Position numbers and translations under genes: made by a program. The notes beneath the pieces were generated by a model. The model ran no database searches. It was not told where the DNA came from and saw only the letters and a program-made list of their open reading frames with translations. A stretch of 63,879 bases of DNA, filler included, from Folioceros fuciformis (lineage: Eukaryota): assembly GCA_049999805.1 (NCBI GenBank). It is 7 parts of 7 records of this genome, joined end to end, with 100 filler letters (N's around TTAATTAATTAA, not from the genome) between each part and the next. Parts side by side here need not be neighbours in the genome. Positions count along the whole stretch, not along the records: positions 1 to 8,825 come from JBNGIO010003311.1; positions 8,926 to 15,168 come from JBNGIO010003314.1; 5 more parts are not named here. The stretch is one strand, 5' to 3'. Each line of letters begins with the position of its first letter. Position 1 is the stretch's first letter. Below, piece by piece: positions 1-10,234 of this stretch.

Positions 1-2687
1 ATCTGAGAGGTTAGGGTCGTTGTAGTGACAAGAGTGAGTTTGTGGGCACCGAGAGAGGTGCAGCTGACCGCCGGACAGCGAGGCCTGTCCTACGCCTTAT
101 CGGAGCTGGAGGGGAGCCCTCGAATCCATCATCGAGTTGATCAAGTCCGACCCTCCATCCATAGCAGCAAGGAACCCCATCGCTCCTTCGTGGGAACGAA
201 ACCCAATGTCTCAACGACAGTGGGATAAGTGTGGCCACTAAAGGTGGAACCCGTTGGCAATCAGTGCCCGGGGTTTTGCCTCCACAGTGGTGCATCGAGA
301 TCAGAGCAGAAGGGACGTCCTTCTTTATGGGGTCGTTCTTCCGTTGTTCTTGCTGGTAAGGACTACTGTCCCGACTCTCTTGCTTCTCACCTTGTTGAGC
401 GTATATCCGTTCCTTGCCCTCCTCGTCCCCGCTACCCTCTGTGGGTTTTTTCCTATACAGGCTTGCACGCTCCTCTGTCATCACCCAGAAACAGCTAGTC
501 TGATCGTTAGACACCACTTCCCGGCAAGGAGTGCTCTCAGCTCCCAGGTTGATGCTGACGGATGGTTCCCTGTCCTGCAGATTATTCGGCTGAGGTTCCC
601 CTGGCTTCCTCCCCTTCCTCGGCCTTGCTCCTTTACTGATCTTCCGACTCGGAGCTTGAGTAAATCTCCCTGACTCTTCCATCCTTTTGTCACCTGCACC
701 AGAAAGCTGCTTTTGCGCAAACGGTGACTCGAGCTGCTGAACATTGCCCAAGACTGCCTCCGGCGGTGAGCCAGGGGTGATTTTAAGCTCCCCTGTCGCC
801 TCGCAACCTGGACCACCAAACGTCTGCCCTCCTGTCAACTTGTGGCCCAAGTCTTCTGTGGGTCTTTGCTGAGAAAGGAAGCCACCTTGCAACATCTTGG
901 CTCCTGCTGGCGACCTCAGTACTGGTGCATTGTCAGGACTCGGCTCTGAGACAGCCGTCATCAGTTCCTGCTTGTTTACCTCTCCTTGAGTACCCGAGTG
1001 GTGGAGGGTTCCATCTTCTCTAGCCTCAACGTCCATCGGCATAGCGCCGTCCACCTCCAAATCCTCCTTCCATCTCAGCTCCCACTCCCCTGGTAACTTG
1101 ATCGTGCACGGCGAAGCGAGCAAACCTAAGGATCCGAGGTGAGCTTTGGCCACAACTCTGGTAGCAAGGGTGACCCTGCCTTTGCCAAACTTAGCGTCTC
1201 TGATAAAAGCAAGCATCTTCGTCTCCCCCAACCATTGTGCCTGGTTAGAGCTCGGGATCAGACACTCCTTTCCCAAGTCAAATATTGTGTTGAAGTACAT
1301 AATCACCGAGGATCCTTCCAGTCGATGACAGATAACACTGAACCTAGCCTCCTTTAACAGCTTGTGGGCATACTCTACGTCCACACCCAGGCCCTCTTGG
1401 CCCTCTTCCCCACAGTCTCCCACACCAAATCCAATCGGGCACCTTCTGTGCCGCCTAGCTAAAGTGCCGGAGTGGGAAACGCATTTAATTCCTCCCCTCT
1501 CGGCATCTAGTAGAAGAATGTGTTCTCCACCTTCTTCCGCAAGATAACACAAGCCTTCACTTGTAGAACAATAGTTCCAGCAAACCTCAGGAAGGCCTCG
1601 ACCTGAATTTGGCAGGCCCAGCATTGCATTGCCACGCTTGCCCTCCATGGCTTTTCCTGGGCACCTTGAAACCCCGATAGGGGCACAAATTGGGTATGCT
1701 CAGAGTTGTCGTTTCTTCGTTCTGCTCCTGAGCGGAACGGGCACTCCTGCTTAAGATGGTTCGAAAGCCCACAGATACCACACCTGACAAGAAGCCCTGG
1801 GTAATCGAAAAGCTGCGTAAAGCTCTTTGACAACTCAACCAGATCTCGAACCACCAACCTAGCGGGCAAGGAAGTAAGGCTGTCTACCCTCACACCGAAG
1901 CGGGGAGGCTTGCTTCTGTCAAAAAAACGGGAGTCCACCTGCAGGACCTCAACCACCCGACCAATTGTTTCCAACATCCTGCCTATCAACGGGATGAGCT
2001 GCACCGGTAGGGCAGGCAACCTTACCCAGATAAAGTGCCTTTTGAGTTGAGATTGCATTATTGTGCTGCCAGGGGACCACGCCTCGATCATCACCGGGGT
2101 TGTGCCTTTGAAGGGAAGCGTTGTCTGCAAGAGAGCAAGAGCACCAGCTGCTTCATCGCACTTGACTTGAAAGGATCCATCTTCTTTCAAGAAGACGTAG
2201 GCGGGAGGACACCCTGTGACCTGAGTTACCCACGCCTCCAAATCGCCTACAGAGGGTAGCCCACCTGTAGCGAGCCTCCCCACCACCGAGCTACCTGACA
2301 ACCTGACCTCCTCTTGTTGGAAAAAACGCTCCTCGGTAAGAAGGTCAGCCAAAGGACCAAGCTGGATGTTGGGCCCCTCAGTTGCCGGGGCTGGTTATGT
2401 CTCTGTACTTGTGCCCTTTGTCGTCCTTCCCCAAGTGGTGTCCTTCCCGAGAGTCCGTACTTAAGCCTCCCGCTCAGGTACTACTTTCTTGCGCCTAAGC
2501 ACCTCCGTATTAGGTGCATGCAAACTTTTGTTAGGATTCCGCTCATTCTGTCCGTATGTACTCATGCCGGCCACTTGCGCCCATGATTGGACTGTCGAGC
2601 CCTCCGGTAGGGAGCTCAATGCATCCATTAGACTTTCACGCCTCAACCTCCCATCGCCCTGTTCCTACCGCTCTGGAGCATCCTCGT
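1..2687 (-). mobile_element. L1-clade LINE, 5' part (ORF1, frameshifted); continues beyond window start
   Basis: ORF 1507-2352 has DUF4283-like text (IEAWSP...IWVRLPALP...IGRVVEV) followed by a CX2CX4HX4C knuckle (CGICGLSNHLKQEC). A SWAQVA motif lies upstream (2461-2646). The ORF continues by frameshift into ORF 11-1648. The 5' end abuts the truncated CCCH copy at ~2688. Confidence 0.8.
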
Positions 2688-3322
2688 CATTATCATCAGT
2701 TTTGATATGCCTATACACACATTCTTCTCTACTACAAAGTTCACCCTAAAGAAAGTATTTGCAATCTATCATCCTTTGAGCTGGGAGGAGACGATTGTCA
2801 TTTGTGGAGCTATTCCTTTCTTCTTTGGCAAGAAAGCCTAATTTTACACAACCTTTGCCACCTTCCTCTTTTAGTTTCAAAAGGTTTAATTTCTTTCTAA
2901 TCAAATGTCTAGGTTTGTAGTACTTTTTTCCACCAAGATGAACAATCTTGTAAGGAGTGGTGCTCGAATGACATTTATTGATCATTAGATTGTCAACCTT
3001 TTCAGGAGAAGTTCTCTGACCTTTTGCACAAATCCTTACCCATGTGTGCGAGTTAAGACAATGTCTTGGCAATGCATATTTGTTCTTGGCTGTCCACTTC
3101 AAGCTCACCATTTTCTAAGATGTTTTAATACTAGACGAGATAATCATGCACTCTATATATAGTGTAGGTGTTGAGTGAAGAGTGACAAAGGCCAAGGAAA
3201 CAAAAAAGCATCACAAACTTCCTTGGGTTATGAAATCACTCATACATATCTAAAAGTTTTCACCAATGTTATGTGCTCAATATCTTTTGTTGAATGCCTA
3301 TGCTCTTTTAAAAAACATGTGA
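2688..3322 (-). pseudogene. CCCH zinc-finger gene fragment, copy 1 (premature stop, interrupted by LINE)
   Basis: ~630 bp direct repeat of ~6975-7611. ORF 2746-3111 is nearly identical to ORF 6876-7397 but stops at DCKYFL*. TATA-like CTATATATAG lies ~40 bp upstream of the ATG. Confidence 0.7.
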
Positions 3323-3939
3323 CTAGAATGGGTGTGAGATTGGTAGCAGTTTTAAGACCTGGTGGGTATGCCTAATGTCTGCAGGTCGTAGAGTTTGTGT
3401 AAATGACTCTAAACCCTAAACTAATAGACCAGGATGTCTGAGCCCTACACTGAGCTCAAACATCCTCATCTCCTTCAAATGAACTCACCAGAGTAGATTT
3501 CGATTGTCGGACATTCCTTACACGTTGTTGCTTTGTGGTAGGAGCATCCACAAAGCTAAGCTAGTCTTTAATGCGGTGGCTACTCTGAAAAACTCAGGTT
3601 TGCCAAAATAACCTTTACTGCCTCAAAAACAGATGTTTCGCCTATTCCGATGACGAGTAGGGTGGACCATTGGAGTACCGCTCTGGTGATTATTTTTAGG
3701 GCTGACACTCCTTATGGACCAGAATATCTTTGCCAAGGTCTAGGCTCAGCGGCTACAACGACTAGGCTAGGCCATGGTACCCCAACCACCTTTGGTTTGG
3801 TTTGTCTTGCCTAGGCCATGGTAGCCTGACCCTTTGGGTACGTGCATTCTCCAATCTTGTTTTTCTCAAGTAAAGATGATTTATGAAACATTGGAAGCGG
3901 ACATGGAATTGCGCCTTAAGCATCTGCTTGAGTTGACAG

Positions 3940-5196
3940 TCACAGGTACCCCGAGATGCTGGGTGGACCTGCTTGCCATATTCGCTTGAAAAGTTCCACC
4001 GCAAACGCTGATTCCCAGTAACTGCAACGAAGAACCAACGTTCAAGCAACATGTGATGAAACTAATGTTAACCAGAACGTGAAAAGGTCGAGAAACTTAA
4101 CTCGGGGATCTTTATTTCGTAAAGATAAGGAACCCTTTCAGTGTTTAAGATGGGAGGTACGTGGTTGTGCTTCTCATCAATGTTGCGTAGAATCTCCATA
4201 ATAACTGCTCGTAGTCCAGTTTCAAGAGCGGCGTGCCGCTCGGAACTCTCTTCAACGTCTGATTATGAGTGGTATCATTAACATAACAAAAATGTTAATT
4301 GCTCTGGAATCCCAACACGCTTTGTCATAGCTGAGAGAGGGGAGACTCGCCGCCATCACCAAGCCTTAGGGAATAGATACCTGAAAATGTTTTCTTGCGT
4401 GCTTCCGGGGACTGCACAACATTGAGCTGCACAAACCACTTCTCCCAGTCCAAACGTTCAACCTTGGTGTGAAACCAAGGTATCTTTGCCTCCTTGATCT
4501 CATAGAAGGAAAGACAAACCTGCAGAAAACTCCAATTCGTGAAGACCTACTGCAGGCAGATGAGTGATGTGCCTGAAATATTCTCTGAGCTTTTTTTATC
4601 GCAAGTTTCCATGTCGAAATCGTTAGTGTATACCTGGCCCTTCTTGTTCGGGTTTTTCTTGGACCATCTAAGAAACTGGTCAATCTTCTCCTCAATTGTC
4701 TTTTCCACATCATGATCTCCGCACTGCATCTGAACCATGAAAATCAAGCAGATAAAGGAGCAAAATCATGCAGACTTACTCCTGAAGCTGAAAGCAACAA
4801 CGGCATGGAAAGGTGCAGACCGACAACTCACATAGGTTATATTCTCAAAAAGCTCTGAGTCCATATCTCGAGGTCGGACTGGTCCCAAGGCGCGGTTGAA
4901 CATAATGGTGTGCAGGATGCCTGACATGCCACATCAGAACCATGACAAGGTGAACCCCTTCCAGCTGTATTGAATCAGATACACAACGTGCAAATCAACA
5001 AAGCAGAATCATTCACAATAGAATCTGACGACGCACATCTTAGCACATCCGGAATTTGGTATTGCTCCACCTCCTGCATGCCAGCAAGCATCTAATTGTT
5101 ACTCCAGCAACAAACCATTAAGCCCGATCGGAACACCAAATTCTATTACACCTTGCAACCTACCAGCCGTTTCAGATAGAACACCTCGCCATTCAT
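3940..5196 (-). CDS. ATG101: Autophagy-related protein 101 (multi-exon)
   Basis: Spliced translation with GT-AG junctions: MNGEVFYLKRL|EVEQYQIPDVLR|CILHTIMFNRALGPVRPRDMDSELFENITY|MQCGDHDVEKTIEEKIDQF...KKGQ|VCLSFYEIKEAKIPWFHTKVERLDWEKWFVQLNV...|...HVPPILN...YEIKIP|...SAFAVELFKRIWQAGPPSISGYL*. Matches plant ATG101 motifs. Confidence 0.93.
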
Positions 5197-6894
5197 GGTG
5201 ATAACCAACCAATGAATAACCGGCTGAAAATTTATACGCCCTCATGCGCGGCCTCTGAGGCCTGCGCATCAGCCCGAGTCTCGCCCGAGGTCCTCCGGGT
5301 TGGCTATTGAATAGCCTCGGCCACACCAAGGGTGTCATCGGCCCTTGATTTGGTAACACCGATTTGGCAAGGCCCCAGAGCGTCACCTGACCACAGCAGC
5401 CATGAGGGTATATACGTCCAGATAAAAGGAATCCCCCTCCGTCCTGTTTTGGTATGCCTTACGAAAACTCCTCCATGTGCAGCATCTATGTACTTCCTTC
5501 AAAACTGTACCAGCTTAAACCTAAGCTTAAGCCCCACACTTGCACTTAGAGACTACTGTCTGCAGCAGTCTTTTAAGAGAGTCTCACCTCCTCGATATAG
5601 AGTGCGGTTCATCTCCCTACTAAGCATCATTCTTGGCTGCCTGAGTGGACGAAACTAGATTCTTGTCCTTCTGGAAAGCCCGTGCACATTTCAAAGGTAT
5701 GATATCTGCTTTCTTCATCAGCTTCGCACTTTGCTGCACGATGTCTTCAGCAGCTTGCAACATACATAATGTGGGTGGCGTGCAGCTCCTGCCAGGCCAG
5801 CTTGGCTCGGTCGTCACCGTCTCAAATTGCTCTTCTCTTGCGAGGGAGAGGGGTCCTTGAGGACTTGCGATCCGCAGGCCTGGGAGTTGGGCTGCGGAAG
5901 CTCGCGCTACCGGAACCTTGGCGAGGGGAGCCAACTATACCGCAGACGGATGGGCGCACGCTGCTCCGGCCAATAGGCCCAGACGCCTGATGCCGATGTG
6001 TCCCAAGGTTCGTTACCGTGGAGGTGGTGCGTGACCGCTGTTGTGTAGGCCTGGTAATGATATAGCTGCTTGCTCGCAGTCGCGCCAGGTTCAAGGAATT
6101 TCAAGCAAATCAGCGGCGAGGAATGGAAGAAAAAGCTGAGCAAAGAGCAGTACGACGTGACCAGGCGGAAGGGCAGAGATCGAGGGCTCACAGGGTAACG
6201 GCCATGGCCGTCCTCTGCTTCTTCTTCCTCTGCGTTTGGCGGACAGTACTGTGCCATATTGTCTTCAAACAAAACCGGAACACCAAAACCCCAGACACCT
6301 ACCACTGCGTGTGCCGTGACACGCCGTTGTTCCAGTAATTCTCGCAGCCCAGAGGAGAGTCTCTGGCCGTCCTACTGGGACTACATCTGGGAGTCAGATC
6401 GGCCTATATGGATCTCGATTCTCGTACCTTCTGTGGTCGCATCAAAGCTGGTCTTCTACAAGCTCCCAACTTCCTCCCATGTGGACTAGCCCTGCTTTCA
6501 CAAGAACGATCCTCGAGATTGGGATACGACATGATTGAAGGCGCGGCGTGAACATGAATTCTCACTCCTTCGTTCAGGAAGCCAGATTCCCAATGGGACC
6601 TCACCTCAAGGTGGTGGATGCTTCTCTTCTGTTCCTGTGAAAGGGCTACAGGATTTGGGCTCGCGGCCGACAGCAGAGAAAGGATCTGGTCGTTAGCAAC
6701 CGTGTTTGGCGGGTTACGACTGAGACTCGGAGGACATGGCAAAGTATTAGTAGTCTTCAAACGTACCAGCTTCAGTCGATACCACATCCAACCACATCCC
6801 GGTTCGTGCCATCTTTGTTTTCATAATGAGTTTTTTAATAATATTTATTATGAATTAACTAATTTTATCTTTACATCAAATTTGACACAAAAGC

Positions 6895-7611
6895 ATTAGT
6901 TGTGTTTGTGTTTGAAGTTGCAGTCTTGAGGATTTTTGCACAACCCACTCAAAAAAGTCTGGGCAGATTGTTGCATTATCATTAGTTTTAATGTACCTGT
7001 ACACACATTCTTCTCTATTGCAAAGTCCACCTTGAAGAAAGTATTTGCAATCTGTCATCCTTTGTGCTAGGAAGGGATGATTGTCATTTGTGGAGCTATT
7101 CCTTTCTTCTTTGACAAGAAAGCTTAATTTTACACAGCCTTTGCCACCTTTCACTTTTAGTTTCAAAAGATTTAATTTCTTTCTAGTCGGATGTCCATGT
7201 TTCTCGTACTTTCTTGCACCAAGATGAACAATCTTGTAATGACTAGTGCTCAAATGATATTTACTGATCATTAGATTATCAATCTTTTTAGGAGAAGTTC
7301 TCTGACCATTTGCACAAATCCTTACCCATGTCTGCGAGTTAAGACAACGTCTTGGCAATGCATATTTATTCTTGGTTGTACACGTCAAGCTCACCATTTT
7401 CTAAGATAATGTTTTGATACTTGAAGAGATAGTCATGCACTCTATATATAGTGTAGGTATGGAGTGAAGAGTGACAAAGGCCAAGGAAACAAAAAAGCAT
7501 CACAAACTTCCTTGGGTTATGAAATCACTTATACATGTTTATAAGTTTTTACCAATATTATATGCTCGATATCTTTTGTTGAATGCCTATGCTATTTTGA
7601 AAACATGTGAC
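6895..7611 (-). pseudogene. CCCH zinc-finger gene (ZC3H3/C3H7-like fingers), copy 2, intronless, probable pseudogene
   Basis: QRMTDCKYFLQGGLCNREECVYRY has Tyr in place of the finger His. Removing one T from the T6 run at 6951-6956 gives a second finger ICPDFLSGLCKNPQDCNFKH (C-X7-C-X5-C-X3-H). ATG at 7397; the span includes the duplicated upstream region. Confidence 0.7.
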
Positions 7612-8072
7612 CACACGCGTACCCCACCACCATCTCTGGCAAAGTCACGAACAACTCAAACACTTAGCGTGGCAAGGATGGCCCGCAGACACCATTGCAA
7701 CCATCGCCACCAAGCAGCCACTCGCACACCTGGCTAGGATGGAAGTGAACACGAATTGTCATCCATTGAAATCTCATCCAGACTTGAGGCAAACATAGGA
7801 GCTTCTAGAACGAGAAAGAAATTGCCGACCACCCACGATAGGCTGAAACTCAAGGTGCTCCTGAACTTTGACAACGAGTGTGTTGAGCTACAAAGGTAGC
7901 TAAGGGAGGCACAAGAGGAAACAGCAAGGATAGCCGCCTGAGTCGCTACTCTGCCGTAACCAAAAGAAGGAGTAAGGGATTTAACAGAGCAAAAGTTAAG
8001 GAATTGATCACGATGCTAGCTAGGACTAAGCGTGACATAAGCAAAGCTAGGACAGCTTTAGAGAAAGGAGAG

Positions 8073-8825
8073 TGTGAACCTCCAAAGTTTGGGGTAGTAG
8101 TTTATTTTGGTTGGAAAAGGGTTAATAGTGGTATGGTTTGGTTTTCTTTTACTACTTCTTTTTCCTAATTTTTCTTTATTTTTTGGTCATTTTTCCTTTT
8201 TTTTCTTTGTGCTAATTAGGTTAATTGACTAAGAAATAGTTGGTTTGGTTATTAAAGTGGGTACAGGTCTGGTTCCAGACCTGGGAAAGTTTAGGTCCGG
8301 TATCGGGCCATAGGGTCATTAAAGCCCAATGTGCTTAGACTAATGTGATTAGTTTAATTAGACTAATGTAACTAGTCTAAGATTAGTGCTTAATTAAGTA
8401 TCATTAGTTTAGATTAGCTTAAGCTAATTTTTAGGAAGCTTCCTGCATAGCTTCCTGTGAGCTTCTTGTGAAGCTTCCTTAGGAGCTTTTCTAGAGGGTA
8501 TAAATACCCTCTTGAGCTCCCTCTGCAAGAGAGATGGGAGAGAGCTGTGAGAGCTGTGGGAGACACAGTGAGACCTCTCTTTCTCCTCTCCTCCTCTCTT
8601 CTTCTTCTCTCCTCTCCTCTTCTCCTTCATCATGTGGCTTCCTTTCCGATCCTTCAAGGATCACAAGGTGTAATGACCAGGGTGAAGGGGCTTGCCCCTA
8701 GCTCTTGATTGTAAAGAATGTGTCTTTCTCTCGACCTGTGCACTCTTGTTCCCTGTTTGGACAAGTGCTGTAGGCCGGCCATGTTTCATGGTGTCTGGTA
8801 AGGTTGTGGGGAGGAGATATCCAAG
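8073..8825 (+). mobile_element. LTR fragment starting TGTGAAC (dispersed repeat family), truncated by gap
   Basis: The first ~240 bp match 14679-14913 and, inverted, ~48025-48277. It begins with TG and has a TATA box inside the palindrome AGAGGGTATAAATACCCTCT followed by a CT-rich tract. Confidence 0.65.
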
Positions 8826-8925
8826 NNNNNNNNNNNNNNNNNNNNNNNNNNNNNNNNNNNNNNNNNNNNTTAATTAATTAANNNNNNNNNNNNNNNNNNN
8901 NNNNNNNNNNNNNNNNNNNNNNNNN
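8826..8925. other. Assembly gap with TTAATTAATTAA linker (same at 15169-15268, 19029-19128, 47205-47304, 60710-60809, 62243-62342)
   Basis: Identical 100-nt N-blocks with a central 12-mer giving stops in all six frames, i.e. an artificial contig join. Confidence 0.97.
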
Positions 8926-10234
8926 GTTCCTCCACACTCTCTGACTCTCTCATTTTACAGTTCCAGAAAGAATGCGTGGCATGAACCAGCGAGGACTGGT
9001 TAGTTGTGGCGAACATCTGCGATAACGCAATCCATGCAAGATGAGCCGAGGTGGCATCTTCGATGTGATGAATCATCGTGTTGTTGATGGTAAGCTCCAA
9101 TATTGCTCGTGCTCTTAGATCTTTCTTAACCCACGCAGTTATGTCTGCTGCAGGTGCGTTTGCACCTAGATGTGCCACAGTATCATCAACAATGTCCCAT
9201 AATTCTTCTATTTGGAGCAGCGTCTTGACCCTGTGTGCCCAGACGTCGTAGTTGGATCCTGAGAAGCGATCCTTATCCTTAAAGTCCAGTTTCATGGCGT
9301 TGGCCATTTGCGCTGGATTTCTCCTTTGATATGAAGAGGTTTGCTGCAGCCAATTGGGGACGTTGCCCTGAAACCACTGCCTCGAACTGCTGGAGGTCGG
9401 AGAGTCGGATCTGTGCCTCTGCCCCGGTTGATGTCCGGGTCCAGGTGAGCGACCACGTCGTCCTATGTTACTTAATTTGTCGTCAAAAGCTAATCTGTGG
9501 ATAGGCATTCCTTTGCCCCCACTTCATACTTTTGTGATTTTACATCACATTGTGTAGATGCGTCAAAATTTAGGACAACATCTACTATTATCTGGAATCT
9601 TATGAATATTCTCTCCACAGTATGCTCGAACAAGGTTATGTGCTCATGTATCCTATGACTGCAAGGAAACAGGTGCTCAGGATAATTGCGAAGCCACGTG
9701 TGCTGAATGTGATTGTTGCGTGCATGTTCTCGCGAGCTTCTACAACTTGATCCTAGGCTTGAGAAAAATGATTGGAGATAAGCATTGTCATCTTCAGCCC
9801 GCGATCTTCTATGGAACGTGTTGCGTCGCGGCATCTCTGGTTACAGGAGTTACATGAGCATTCTGATGGTAGCGCTCAGATCTGTCACGTCTCGCTATGT
9901 GCTGATTGCGTCATTCTTTTGCAATAGTGTTACTGACAGACTTCTGCAGGCGAATCCCCGGCATTTAGATTCTCAGTGCACAACTCTACGGTGAGGTCCT
10001 GCTGTGACATTTGCATGCTTGGGATTTGCGTGAGGGATCTCCTTGTTGCTCTGATACCATAGAAATTTACAAAGAAGAAGTGTCTTTACTGCTGGCGGGC
10101 ACCTTTAAATGCACCCGCTCATAAAAACAGTTAATACGGTTATTGTTCATGTCCCGTGAAATCTGAAATATACTAATTACTGATATATTGTGAATAACTA
10201 TAGCTAGGATATATCTATTTATATATATTTTTCA
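8926..10234 (-). mobile_element. Ty1/copia LTR retrotransposon 5' end (short LTR, PBS, gag)
   Basis: gag text FSGSNYDVWAHRVKTLLQIEELWDIV...KDLRARAILELTI... (DUF4219/UBN2-like). PBS TGGTATCAGAGC at 10048-10059. A ~175 bp LTR (10060-10234) starts TGAAAA and interrupts the LINE RT. Confidence 0.88.
10048..10059 (-). promoter_or_regulatory. Primer-binding site (tRNA-iMet) of copia element
   Basis: Reverse complement is TGGTATCAGAGC, the canonical Met-i PBS. Confidence 0.9.

Noticed and set aside
3410-3421. TAAACCCTAAA telomere-like motif
   Set aside because: Single unit; expected by chance or as a telo-box.
5330-6800. GC-rich exon-like stretches between ATG101 and CCCH copy 2
   Set aside because: Plausible splice sites, but I could not build a stop-free model or recognise a family; perhaps a pseudogene.
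8826-8925. Recurrent TTAATTAATTAA palindrome in N-runs (six times)
   Set aside because: Artificial scaffold linker with six-frame stops; ORFs ending in X...N are artefacts.
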